A stretch of DNA of 63,588 bases, the filler included, from Chiloscyllium plagiosum (taxonomy: Eukaryota), in NCBI RefSeq assembly GCF_004010195.1. It is 5 parts of one record of this genome, joined end to end, with 100 filler letters (N's around TTAATTAATTAA, not from the genome) between each part and the next. Parts side by side here need not be neighbours in the genome. Positions count along the whole stretch, not along the records: positions 27,641 to 56,071 come from NC_057713.1; 4 more parts are not named here. One strand, given 5' to 3'. The position numbers and the translations under genes are program-made. The first letter of the stretch is position 1; each line of letters begins with the position of its first letter. Below, piece after piece: positions 37,737-50,627 of this stretch. The notes under the pieces are model-generated. The model saw nothing but the letters and a program-made list of their open reading frames with translations. It did not search any database and was not told where the DNA came from.

Positions 37737-38159
37737 TAAAACATGCAATGAAAGTTGCTTGTTGGCTTAATGTACCAAACAAAAGCATAAATTAATTTTG
37801 TCCAGAACAAGCAGACCAGTCTTCAGCTATAGATTTATGAAATGGCTGCATATGATTATAAACTCTGCAAGTGCTCAAAACTCATTTCAATTCAGTCAGA
37901 TTGCGTGATAGCCCAAGTGAACCAAAACCTCTGTTGCTAGGTATCACCCTACTTGCTCTCCATTGCTTCATTCTGAACATATTATTTGCTGAGTTTTGAT
38001 AATGAGAATAAAGCTTGGAAGCTGCTGTCTGCAATTAAGTCAGAAATCACATGTGGACCAGAATTGGTGAGGTATAACTTTTCAGAAATGTAATCACACT
38101 AAGCTGAAATGTTTACTTATTTTGACGTCAAAATATTTTTTGACTAGTATCTATAATTT

Positions 38160-39720
38160 TTGTTATTCATGGGATGTGGGCTTTGCTGGTTGGCCAGCAT
38201 TTATTGTCCATCCCTTGTTACCCTCAAGAAGATGGCGGTGAGCAGCCTTCTTGAATGGCCGAAGTCCATTTTGTGTAGTTACACCGAGGAGGCTGATGGA
38301 TTCAAGAATTTGACCCAGTGATAATGAAGGACATATGATATAGTTTTTAAGTCTAGATTGTGAGTGGCATGGAGATGAACCTGAAGGTGGTGGTGGTGTT
38401 TCCATGTATTTACTACCTTTGTCCTTCCAGAGGTAGTGGTCAGGGTTTGGAAAGTATTATTGAAGGAGCTCTGGTGAATTTCTACATTGAATTGTGTGGA
38501 TGGTCCACACAATTAATACTGAGCATCAGTGTTGGAGGAAGTGAATGTTTGAGGATGAGATGCCAATCAAGTCCTGAATGGTGTCATATGTTCTGTGTTT
38601 TATTGGAGACGCAGTCATGCATGCAAGTAGGGAGTACTTGGTCACATTTCTTACTTGCGCATAGCAGATGGTGGCTAAGCTCTGGATAATCAGGATGTGA
38701 GCTGCCTATTGCAGGAGTTTTGGCCTATGGCTTGCTCTTGGAGCGACAGTATTTATAGCCAGTCCAGTTCAGTTTCCAGTCAGTAATAACCCTTAGGATG
38801 TTAATAGTGAGAGATTCAGCAATGGTATGTTAATTGAGTGTCAAATGGCAACGAGTAAATTATCTCTTGTTGGAGGTGGCAATTGCCAGGCATTCTTATG
38901 GTGTGAATGTTATCTGCCCAAGCCTGGATATTGTCTAGGTCTTGTTGCATTCAGACATGAATTGCTTCAAATATCTAAGGAGTTGTGCATGATGCACAAT
39001 ATTGTACAATATTTGTGAAACATTACCTCTGACCTGATGAAGTAAAGGTCAGTAATGAAGTCTGGATACACCCTAAGCAAACAGGCCCTCGTGGTGTGGT
39101 GGTAGTGTTCCTACCTCTGTATCATGAGGTCTAGGTTAAGCCCCACCTGCTCCAGAGGTCATAGAGTCATACAGCATGGAAACTGACTTTTTGGCACAAC
39201 CAGTCCATGATATGCAATAATATATCTCAGCTGGTTGATTTAAAAATATCTATCTTGAGCAACTCCTGCTGAGATGTCCCAAAGCTGTGATAACTGACCT
39301 GCAACAACACAGCCATTTTCCAGGTAAGAATTCAACCACAGATTTCTCCATGTTTCACATTGATACCAGATTTTTCCAAGCTCCTTGATATGACACTTAG
39401 TCATCTATGGCCTTGATGTCCACAGCATTCAATCTCATGTCTATTGTGGATTTTAGCTCCTTTGTCCGTGTTTGAACTGAAGCTTTAGTTAGGTTAGGAG
39501 CTGAGTATTCCCAAATGAAACAAAACTGAGCATCAGTGAGCAGGTTAATGCGAAAGAAACACTGAAGAAGTGCTTGACAGCATTGTTACTGACTCCTTCC
39601 ATCACTTTCCTGATGACTGAGACAGAGTGATGGAGTAGTAATTGGCAGAATTGGATTTGTCCTGCTTTCTGGGCAATGTTTCAGATTGTCAAATAGATGC
39701 CAGTGTTATAGTTAACACAC
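38160..39720 (-). mobile_element. Decayed LINE (CR1/L2-group) 3' portion
   Basis: 3' tail TTATTCATGGGATGTGGGC...GCCAGCATTTATTGTCCATCCC; RT-like remnants homologous to 52420-53000. Confidence 0.65.
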
Positions 39721-40707
39721 ACTTTATTCCAAAGGTGTTCTGAGACAAGTGAAAACATGGAAACCTTTCTAATGTGCTCTGGAAAGAAGATCTGGGGGAC
39801 ATTGTGATTAATGTTTGAGTACTGAGCGTTGTGCTTGCATTATTAGTATGGATTATGCCAAATAGCTCAAATTTATGTAATGTGTTTTGTACAATTAATG
39901 ATTGTTAACCTGAGTAGACTAGATCCTCATTGAAAGAAGCTGAAAGAAGACCAATGAGGAAACATTGGGAATACAAATATCACAAATACAAGGTTGATCA
40001 TAGTTAGAGGCTCTGGGCATTTGTATTGAAGAAAATTTCACGATGAGATAACAAGGCATCTGTCACTAGTCAGATGATTGAGTGGCAATGTGCTTTCCAT
40101 AGCAGTAGTTTGCGTTTCAGCAAATCAGACCATTCCTTCATCTTCAAAGCAGCAGAGCCTTAAAGGGATGTAACACTGATGCAATGCAGTGATAAACTAA
40201 AAATGACAAAGGTGAATGACATGAGTAATTAAATATTAGCTATTCTCAATGCAAAGTTTAAGCAATCAGTATGATCAAATAGTAAGAGTAAAATTCAAGA
40301 TGCTTGGAATACATGTCAAACGATCATTCTGCTAAACCAATGAGCCGAGCAGAAAATAAAATGCAGTTGTAGGTAGTACTGCCTTTTTAACCTCTTACCT
40401 AAACACTGTGAAAATAAGCACTGCTGGTCTCCTACCTGACAGTTATGAATGCCAAACACAAACCCACCACTACCAAAATCTTCTTGTGACTGAAAACTGT
40501 TATGGCTCAATAGAATTTAACTTGATGAATTATTGTGACACATCTTTTAAAGACAATCTTAATTGCTATTTGAAGATCTCAAAGTAGACCCTTGTGTAAA
40601 TTCTATGACACTTTGATGATCATCATGTTATTTCTGAAGCTCCTATTACGTCATTTTGTCTTTAAAGATTTTGGGAAACATCACCTTCAGTGTCATGAAG
40701 GATCAGT

Positions 40708-40846
40708 GTTTGACTGGGGTGGAAAAAGTCAGAAGTCACACTACACCAGAACACAGTCTGTCAGGTGATGGAGGAGCAGTGCTCCGAAAGCTTGCAAATT
40801 CAAATAATTTGTTGGACTATAAGCTGGTGTTGTGAAACTTCTAACT
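40708..40846. mobile_element. Third-family PLE-derived palindromic mini-element with degenerate hammerhead
   Basis: Inverted arms AGTCAGAAGTCACACTACACCAG / CTGGTGTTGTGAAACTTCTAACT; GUGAUGG-A-GGAGC-AGU-GCUCC-GAAAGC; approximate TSD ATGAAGGAT(T)CAGT at ~40695 and ~40847. Confidence 0.6.
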
Positions 40847-41069
40847 ATGAAGGATTCAGTCACTGAAACAAGCATTGCCAGCTACAATCATTATATGTAC
40901 GGTGAAAATAATGAGTTGAAAATTTCATTTTGGCAGCAAAGCTTCCTCGTGCAAGACCAGCTCATCAGAATATTTAAATTCTGTTTACAATACAGTGCAA
41001 AGTATAATTTAAAGGGCACAGAGTTTGTGAGGGTGTAGTTTGGTTTGTACATGTCCTATAAGTGGCTAA

Positions 41070-41735
41070 AGTAAAACATGGAACTGTGGACCTGGAAATC
41101 TGACAACAAAAGCAGAAATTGCTGGAGAACCTCAGCACATCTGGCAGCATCTGTGGGGATAAAGCAGAGTTAATGTTTTGAGTCCAGTGGCCTATCTGCA
41201 GAACTGATGGTGGCTATTTGTGCTGTAGACAAGGGTGACTGGGGAAGGAGTGAGAGGATGGGTGTGGAGATGGAGCTAAAAGAGAGAGAGAACATCAGTT
41301 AAGAAGTCAAAGAGCTGTATAATAGTATGTTCAGAAGAAAGAAAATGCTGATAATGGAGACCTTTAGAAGGTAAAAATGGGTTGGCTATGCATGATGGGA
41401 TGTGGAGTGTGGCCTTGCGATAGGGAAGGGGTTGGCGAAAGGACATGAAGAAGTTCAAAGAGCTGCGTAATCCATTTTCATCTACGTATAGTCCCCATTA
41501 TTAGATTTCCTTTCTCTTCTGTTATTATTATCCAGCCCTTTGCATCCTTAGGTGTTGCTTTCACTCTCTGACCTCCATCTCCACAAATTCTGCTACTCCT
41601 TCTCTCCCACCCATTGTCTTCAGCGCAAACTCCACCGTTTCCTAGCTCCCATCAGTTCTGAAGAAGGGTCACAGCACTCGAAACGTTAACTCTGTTTTCT
41701 CTTCACGGATGCTGCCAGACGTGCTCAGCCTCCCC
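41070..41735. mobile_element. Second-family PLE-derived element with inverted pLTR arms
   Basis: Left arm (CTGGCAGCATCTGTGG...GCAGAGTTAATGTTTTGAGTCC...CAGAACTGATGG) is the imperfect inverse of the right arm (CCATCAGTTCTGAAG...GTTAACTCTG...GATGCTGCCAG). Confidence 0.7.
41654..41691 (+). ncRNA. Minimal type I hammerhead ribozyme (second family, intact core)
   Basis: AGUU-CUGAAGA-A-GGGU-CACAGC-ACUC-GAAAC-GUU-AACU; stem I AGUU/AACU, stem II GGGU/ACUC. Confidence 0.75.
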
Positions 41736-42224
41736 TGTAAATAGCTGTTGAGTTCTCTGGGGAATGTATGATTTCTGTGATGGAAAAGCAGAGGAAAGGA
41801 GCTCATGTGAAAACTGTAACCAATCTTTCAGTGGCTGATAAAGTGTTCACAGAACAGAGCCCTCCCAGGGATTCTGAAAGAGAAAAAGCACTGTGGCCCA
41901 TAATTGTCTTCTCGCACCTGTTTTTAATGGATGGGTTTTCAGTGGTACAAATACTTTATAATGGGGATTAGCCGTCATTTCAAGGAAACATGATAGGCCT
42001 TGGACAAGCAGACATCAATTTTAACATGAAAGTCTCTAGTTTTACACCCCAAATAACATTGACAAATAACATCCTGTCATTTCTACGGGCCTGTCACCCA
42101 AAGTTTGAAAACTTTGCAGAATTTTGATCAATGTGGATAAAACAAGTTTCAGGTTTGTTTTAGACAATGGTAAAGTGCAGCCATGATGGTCACTTCAAAA
42201 ATAGTCTGATGATCTGCTTCCTCA

Positions 42225-42637
42225 GTGCTTGCCTCCTCCCCCGCCACTCCCTCAGCTTGGAGAAAGGACGCCTCATTTTCCACCTCGGAACACTTCAACC
42301 CCAAGGCATCAATGTGGACTTCGCCAGTTTCCTCATTTCCCCTCCTCCCACCTTACCTGCCAGCTCAGCACCATCCTCATGACCTGACCTACCTGTCAAT
42401 CTTCCTTCCCACCTATCCACTCTATCCTCCTATCCGAACTATCACCTTCACCCCCACCCCCCTCCACCTATTACACTCTTAGCTACCTTCTCCCCAGCCC
42501 CACCCCCTCCCATTTATCTCTCCGCCCCAGAGGTTCCCTGCCTCATTCCTGATGAAGGGCTTTTGCCCGAAACATCGATTTTCCTGCTCCTTGGATGCTG
42601 CCTGACCTGCTATGCTTTTCCAGCACCACTCTAATCT
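42225..42637 (+). mobile_element. Penelope-like element 3' fragment (GIY-YIG C-terminus + pLTR)
   Basis: RLIFHLGTLQPQGINVDFASFLISPPP, the same C-terminus as the 4069-6199 element. Confidence 0.88.
42545..42580 (+). ncRNA. Minimal type I hammerhead ribozyme motif
   Basis: AUUC-CUGAUGA-A-GGGC-UUUU-GCCC-GAAAC-AUC-GAUU. Confidence 0.72.
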
Positions 42638-43834
42638 TGACCCTGACGGAAGGAGCATGTCTATAATGATAAATGTTAAATTTAGCACACAGCTGAGATG
42701 TAACAACCAGGCACTATTCGAATCCAAAGTTAATATAGGACTTCCACAATTGCAGTCTTTCAATTTTTCAGTCAACCACCTATTTTCCTACCTGTACTTA
42801 ACAGAAATATCTCAGGTATAGTAAGAAGGGAACCTCTAAGATCTACGCATTAGATTGCAATGAACTACAATGAACCGTGTACATTAAAACATAATTGGGG
42901 CTAAACTGAAAAGTGTGATGAAGTTTGCGTGGTGTGATTGCCTGGATCTGTTCAATGTGAAGCAGGTACACCCATTATTGGTGCTCTGGTTCATGAGTTA
43001 CCCGCCCAGACAAGTGCAGTGTGCAGCAGGGGCTCACCACAGTGTTAGATTGCTGAACATTTCGGCACAGGATTCAGCATTGTGAGAGAAAGTCACAAAT
43101 TATAGCTTGTATTATGTAAAATCAACTTGCATCTCTTAAAGAGGAAAAATTCTTTTATAAATTATTATTGTATGAAAGAAGACAGAATACTGATACAACA
43201 TATGAGAAAGAGCACACTGCAAAATTCTCTGATGTTCCACCTGGTCCTGGTCCTGGTTGTGATGGTGTATTGGAGGAGAGAGTTATTCTCTACACAAGGC
43301 TCAGATGATCCAAGTCGCAAGTAGAAAAGGCAATGGAATCAAATGGCATGCTTGGTCAAATCCACAAATCAAGTTATGACATCTTGGATTGTAAAATGTT
43401 TAGTGATTTCACATGAGAGATTAAGATCTGTGAATTTATCTTCCCAATAACTGTTTCACTATTCAATACACCCACATCCCATCTCTGTCAGCATGCTCAG
43501 CTGGCGCTCAACGCTGCACCTTACCCTGGCAAACTAAGCAAGTCTCACACCCATAATCGACAGATTTTACATCCTTCGAGCTATTCAACCATGACAGACC
43601 CATCATTCAGACAGATTGCATTAAACTCATTGAAACTTTTATTCCCAGTTGCAGGACAAGTAATGCATAATCAGACACAGCAAGAACTAACCAAGGTGAG
43701 GTGACAAATGTACATGAAATTTTTACCCTCATTGAGGAGATGGTTCTGATCATCACTGGGGATGGTCATTGCTGAGGCAGTAGCCAATAACAGGACTGGA
43801 GCAATAGAAGCTATGGTACAGTATAAAAGAACAG

Positions 43835-44655
43835 GGCCTTGATGAGATGGGCTGAGGAATGGCAGATGGAAGTTAATTTCGATAAAGGTGAGATGCTGCT
43901 TTTTGGAAAGGCCGATTAGGCGAGGACTTATAAGCTTAATGGTAAGGTCCTGGGGAATGTTACTAAACAGAGAGACCTTGGAGTGCAGATTCATAGTTCC
44001 TTGAGAGTAGCATCACAGGTAGTCAGGGTAATGAAGAAGGTGTTTGGTATGCTTGCCTTTATTGGCCAGTGCATTGGGTATAGGAGTTGTGAGGTCACAT
44101 TGAGGCTGTACAGGACATCGGTGAGGCCACGTTTGGAGTACTGTGTTCAATTCTGTCTCCCTGCTATAGGAAGGATGTTGTGAAACTGGAAAGGGTTCAG
44201 AAATGATGTACAAGAATGCCGCCAGAGATGGAGAGTTTGAATTATTGGGAGAGGCTGAAAAGGCTGGGGCTGTTTTCCCTGGAGTATCAGAGATTGAGAG
44301 GTGACCTTATAGAAGTTTATAAAGTCATGAGGGGCATGGATATGGTGAATAATCAAAGTCTTTTCCACATGGTAATGGAGTCCAAAACTAGAAAAAGGGA
44401 TGGTTTAAAAGGGACAACTTTTTCACTTAGAGGGTGATGCATGTGTAGAATGAGCTGGCAGAGGAAGTGGTGGAGGCTGGTACAATTACAATGTTTAAAA
44501 GTCATCTGGTTGGATATATGAATAAGAAGGATTTAGAGGAATATGGGGCAAATGCTGGCATATGGAAAAAGATTAATTTAGAATATCTGGTCAGCATCGA
44601 CAAGTTGGACTGTAGGGTCTGTTTCCGTGCTGTACAGCTCTAAGACTCTATGATC
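43835..44655 (+). mobile_element. CR1-type LINE 3' fragment
   Basis: WQME, LEYCVQF, LGLFSLEYQRLRGDLIEVYKVMRG motifs and tail. Confidence 0.88.
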
Positions 44656-44739
44656 TCATTTTTGACTTCATCCTCACAACACAATTTCTTAGAATTTACA
44701 AGTTGCATTTGATGGGAGCATGATTTCTCTTCAAATTTC

Positions 44740-46510
44740 TCTTGGACAAGGCCCCAAGAGAAGTTACATTGTCATTAGAACCAGGTAACTTGGTAAGTTG
44801 GATCCAAAAATTAACTTTATGACAAGAGAGAGTGTGATGGTAGAGGCTGTTGACTTGATTCAATGTGCACTGTCCCTTATTGCTTGTAATTTTCATAAAT
44901 GATTCCATATGGAACTGTTTGGGGAGGGGTGGGGTTGTGACGAATAAGTTTGTGGATGACACAAAGATTGACTGACTGGGTGAGGATGAAGTTGATATGT
45001 TACAGGGAATATAATTAGATTGGTCAGGTGACAAATCAGTGGCAGATGGAGTTTAACTCTCATAAATGGAAGATGATGCTTGCCTTTATAAATCATTGGC
45101 ATAGATGATAGAACATAGAACATAGAAGAATACAGCGCAGTACAGGCCCTTCAGCCCTCGATGTTGCACCAATCCAAGCCCACCTAACCTACACTAGCCC
45201 ACTATCCTCCATATGCCTATCCAATGCCTGCTTAAATGCCCATAATGAGGGAGAGTCCACCACTGCTACTGGCAGGGCATTCCATGAACTCACGACTCGC
45301 TGAGTAAAGAACCTACCCCTAACATCTGTCCTATACCTACCCCCCTGCGACCAATACTGCACACAATACTCCAGATGTGGCCGCACCAGAGTCTTATACA
45401 ACTGCAACATGACCTCAGTACTCCGGAACTCAATTCCTCTACCAATAAAAGCCAGTACGCCATATGCCTTCTTCACCGCACTATTTACCTGGGTGGCAAC
45501 TTTCAAAGATTTGTGTACATGGACACTAAGATCCCTCTGCTCATCCACACTACTTATAAAAGCAGGGAGGTCACATGAGAGCTGTGTGGGTCTACGATTA
45601 GTCCACAGCTGGAGTACTGTATGCAGTTCTGGTCACCACATTATAGGAAGGATGTGATTACACTGAAGGGGATGCAAAGCAGATGCACCAGGATATTGCC
45701 TGGGATGGAGCATTTCAGCTAAGAAGAGAGGCTTGATAAGCTTGTGTTGCTTTCTATGGAGCAGAGAAGACTAAAGGAGGATCTGATAGAGGTGAATAAG
45801 ATTATGAGGAGCATGGACAGGGTGAATAGAATCATGGAATCCGTACAGAGTGGAAACAGGCCATTCGGCCTGACAAGTCCACACCGACACTCTGAAGAGT
45901 ATCCCATCCAGATTCACTCCCCTACCTCATTACTCTACATTTTCCCTGACTAATGCACCTTACCTACATATCGCTGAACACTATGGGCAATTTAGCATGA
46001 CCAATTCACCTTATCTGCACATCTTTGGACTGTGGGAGGAACCTCGAGCACCCAGAGGAAACCCAAACAGACATGGAGAGAATGTGCAAACTCCACACAG
46101 ACAGGTACATGAGCATGGAATCAAACCTGGGTTCCTGGTGCTGTGAGGCAGCATTACTGAGGCACTGAGCCACCATGCCACCTTGCTAACTACTGAGCCA
46201 CCATAAGTTGAAGGGTCAATAAGAAAGGGGCATAATGTTAAAGTGAAAAGCCAGTGCTTTAGATGAGTTTTGAGAAAAACCTTTTGCACCCAAAGGATGG
46301 TGGGGGTCTGCAAAGCATTGCCTGGGAGGGTAGTTGAGGTAGGAAATGTTGCAACCTTTAAAAGCTACTTAGAAGAGTATTTGAAGTGTCATAACATTCG
46401 AGGCTATGGGTCTAGTGCAGGAAAGTGGGACCAGTGTATGTAATAGCTTATTATTGCCTGTTTGGACTCAATGAGCCAAAGGATTGCTATTGTATTATAT
46501 GATTCTATGA
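44740..46510. mobile_element. Nested cluster: + strand CR1 remnant interrupted by a minus-strand CR1 fragment (~45105-45552) and a minus-strand HE1-like SINE (~45828-46205)
   Basis: ORF 45189-45548 (LVRPHLEYCVQYWS, internally deleted); SINE V-domain at ~46080; flanking + strand CR1 RT/tail pieces. Confidence 0.8.
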
Positions 46511-47797
46511 TGAAAGTACTTTTCCAATCCCCCAGTGCCTTTCCTGCTGCCTTTCTGATAATCAGTCCAGACTGCTACCGCACATGTTCTGATGATGTGG
46601 TCTGAAAACAGGCCTTGCAGGGGCACAGCTCTCCTGCAAAGCCCTCTATGGTTTTCACCAGCAAACTTCCACTAAACTTTGCAATCGGATCACCTGGGCA
46701 GGCAATAGCTACATGGGATACAGACATTAAGTGAATCATTATGCTTAATTAGTTTGTAGGCATTATGCCATGCTGTAATCCACATGTTTAGTTTGGTATG
46801 TTCATCTCATATTATTTTTCACTGATGAATTACTGCCAACCAAATACAGTTATGCTAAGCAACGAGGAATTTAAGGTGGTGGAGTGTTGGTGAGCAAGGA
46901 ATTGGGTTTGTGTTTATTGGCTTTGCTGTGGTTAGGTAAGTAGAATACTAAAGGGTTGTTTGAATTGCCTTCACACTCCCTCTTACCCTTCATGTTTCTC
47001 TTCTCTCCTTTGTTCTTAAGTTACACTCTGCAGTTAATTCCAAGGGTGACAGCCTCTTGGTAGCAGTGTTATGTAGCATGCAATAGACCACCATAAATCT
47101 TAATGCCCTGGTGACTAGTGTAAGCTCCTGCACAGTAATCTTGACAGTGCAAGCATGGTAATTATTTGTGGTATTCCATTCCATTTGATAACATTGCTTT
47201 CTTTTTCTGTGTGATGCCCAGACTCGCACTGGTTTCATTTCAGAGTCATAAGCAATTGCTTCTGGTATATTTAGATTTTCAGAAGGCTTTTGTTCAGGTC
47301 CCACATAGGAGGTTAGGAAACAAAATTGAAATGCATGGAATTGAGGATTATGTACAAATGTAGATTCACAAATGGCTAACAGACAAAAGCAGAGAGTAGG
47401 AATAAATAGATAATTTTCCAGACGATAAACTGCTTTCAGTGGACACCGAAAGATTCAGTGTTATGACCACAGATTTTCACTATTTACAGAATGATTTGGG
47501 CAGAGGGTTCACTTCTACTATTTCAGATTTTCTAGTGGGAATGTAAGTTTTGAAAAAGATGCAATGAGTTTTCAAGCAGACTTTAAGCTAAGTGATTGGG
47601 CAGTAAAATGGGAGATGGAATTAAATGCAAATTAGTATGAAATTATTTACTTTGGTACAAAAAAAAGGAAGATAGCACCTTTCTTATATGGTGAGAAATT
47701 GGGAAGTGTAAGTATTTAAAAGGGCCTGGGAATCATTGTTCATGAATTACTAATCATAAGCATTCAAGGATTTCGGCACTGAAGTTGCCGCAGTTGT

Positions 47798-48419
47798 TGT
47801 TATGGACCAGACCAGATCCCCTCCAAATATCTTAAGGAGGTATCTTACACTCTAGCTGTTTCTTATTTTAAAAGTAGGTGTGAAATGCATGTTCCAGATG
47901 TGATGTGACTGGTGAAATTACTTAATGTTAAGCAAAAGACAATTTCTTTGAACACGATAGTTAAAATACAACCAAAAAGAGGAATTTAGAATAACTTACC
48001 GATTGGAAAATTAATGGAATAAAAGATATACTATCTGTGACTAATTAACTGAACCAACATGGTCACATCCCAAAGTCAGACATAGATTCTTCAATCCAGG
48101 AGGAAACAACATCAAGACAGACTTCAGAGAGAGTAGCAGCTAGGATTCATTCACTGAAAGTTCTAACTGTTCTGGGACCCCAAACAATTTCTGACTGCTA
48201 CAGCTAAATTAAAACTAGAAAGCCTGGTTTGTGCGAACTCACCACCCCCACTCAAGCGGCTTCCATTGTTCCAGCTTTAAAAAAAAACCGAAAGGCCTCA
48301 TAAGTTGCTTAATTGGACCGTGTACAGTAACCAGTTCAGCACCTCTGCCTTAATAACCTCTCTTCAAAGAAAAAACCAGGACAAAATAACCTTTTTTTTT
48401 AAATGACAGCATGATCACA
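47798..48419. mobile_element. Solo-LTR-like element inserted in a decayed CR1 (CR1 pieces ~47250-47760 and ~48420-48740)
   Basis: Begins TGTTATGG, ends ATCACA (TG...CA); homologous in opposite orientation to 31826-32431. Confidence 0.6.
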
Positions 48420-48759
48420 GATCCTTCATGAGATTGCACCTCAAGTTTTGTACAAAGTTTTGATTTCCTTATTTAAAGAAGGATGTATTGATACCTCAGA
48501 GGGAGTGTTTTGGAGTTCACCCAACTAATCACTGGGATGGTGGGGATATCTTCCAAAGAAAGAATGAGGAAACTGGTCCTATATTCTCTAGAGTTTTGAA
48601 GAATGAGAGGTGATCTAATTGAAATTTAAAAGGTTCTCACATGCTGTGACAAAGTGGATGTAATCTAGAACCAGGGGTCATAACCTCAGGATGAAGGGCA
48701 GACTATGATGATAAGGAATTCCTTCACTCAGAGGGGAATGTGCCTTTCTAACTCTGTCT

Positions 48760-50030
48760 GATAGCAGCGGGAAGAAGCTGTGCTTGAATATGTTGGTGTG
48801 TGTTTTCAAACTTTTGTATTTTCTAGCTGATGAAAGAGGGTGGAAGAGAGTAATACTGGGGTGCGAGGGGTCCTTGATTATGTTGATTATGATTTCCTGA
48901 GGGCAGCAGGAAGTGTAGACAGAGTTAATGGAAGGAAGGCTGGGTTTTGTGATGGACTGGGCTTTGTTAACAGCTCTATGTAATTTCTTGTGGTCTTAGG
49001 TAGAGCGGTTGCCATACCAAGCTATGATTAAACCTGATAGGTTGCTTTCTTGGTGCATCTATAAAAATTGGTAAGACTCATTGTGGATGTGCCAAATTTC
49101 CTTAGTCTTCTGAGGAAATAGAGACGTCGGTGTGCTTTCTTGACTGTAGAGTCGATGTGGATGGACCAGGATAGATTTGTTGGTGATATTTATTTCCAGG
49201 AACTTGAAAATCTTGACCACCTGCATCTCAACACCATTGATTCAGGAATGGGCATGTCCTATACTTCGATTACTGAAGTCCCTAATCAGTTCCTTCAGTT
49301 TGCTGACGTTGTTGTCTTTACACCATGCCACTAAGCTCTCTGTCTCCTTCCTGTATTCTGTCTTGTCATTGTTTAAGATCTGAACCATTAAGTTGGTGTT
49401 GTCAGCAAATTTGTTAATGGAATTACAGCTGAATTTGGCCACACAGTTGTGAGTGTATAAGGGTTATAGCAAGGGGCTGAGTATGCAGCCTTGCAGGGTA
49501 CTGGTGTTGAGGGTTATTGTAAAGGAGGTGATGTCACTTATCCTTATTGATTGCAGTCCTTGGGTCTGAAGTTGACGATATAGTTGCATTGAAGGGTGCA
49601 GAGTCCTCCATCTTGGAGTTTAGAGGTGAGTTTGGTTGGAATTACGGTGCTGAAGATGGAAGTAAAGTCAATAAATAAGAATCTAATATCATCCAGGTAT
49701 TCCAGGAATGAGCATAGGGCCAGGGAGATGGCTTCTGCCATGGACCTCTTGTGACAGTAGGTGGATCAAGGCAATCTGGGAGGCTAGAGTTGGTGTGTGC
49801 CATTCCTAATCTCTCAAAGCACTTCATAAGTATGGATGTCAGAGCCACCAAGCGATAGTTCATTTAGACATGTAGCCTGATTTTCTATTTGCGACAGGAT
49901 GATTGTGGTATTCTTAAAGCCGGTGGAAACCTCACATTATAGCACAGAGCAGTTAAAGATGTCCCCTACCAGCTGGTCTGCACAGGATCTGAGTGCATGG
50001 CGGGACTCCATCCCATCTATTCGCTTTCCC
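48760..50030 (-). mobile_element. Rex1/Babar-type LINE RT fragment
   Basis: NYRLVALTSILMKCFERL, LFIDFTSIFSTVIP, KFADNT motifs in ORFs 49242-49863. Confidence 0.82.
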
Positions 50031-50308
50031 TTGGTTCATTCTCAAGAAGATCGGTCTAATGCCTTTGAGTGAAGTTACCTTCATTCATCTCACTCCTAAC
50101 TGATTGATCATTTATCCTCAAATTGTGCTGTTATGTTCTAGATTCCCCAATGCAAGAAATGTCATCTCTATTTCCATCGTGTCAAGTCCCTTGAGAACTC
50201 AGACTGTTTCAACGAATCACCATCTTTCATTTTTTTCTAAACTCCTGAGAGGAAAGATCCAATTTGTTCAACCTCTTGTCAAAGATCAAGCTTCTTGGGT
50301 GTAACCTA

Positions 50309-50627
50309 GCTCAGTGGTTAGCACTGCTGCCTCACAGCGCCAGGGATCAAGGTTCAATTCCAGCTTCAGGTGCCTGTCTGTATGGAGTTTGCACATTCTC
50401 CCTGTATCTGCGTGGATTTCCTCCGGGTGCTCCGGTTTCCTGCCACAGTACGAAGAGGTGCAGGTTAGGTGAATTAGCCATGCTAAATTGTCTGTAGTGT
50501 TAGGTGCATTTGTCAGGGGTAAATGTAGGGAAATGGGTCTGGGTGGGTTACTCTTCGGAGGGTGGGTGTGGACTTGTTGGGCCGAAGGGCCTGTTTCCAC
50601 ATTGTAAGGAATCTAATCTAATCTAAT
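50309..50627 (+). mobile_element. HE1-like V-SINE
   Basis: tRNA-like head, V-domain, CR1 tail, (AATCT)n. Confidence 0.9.
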
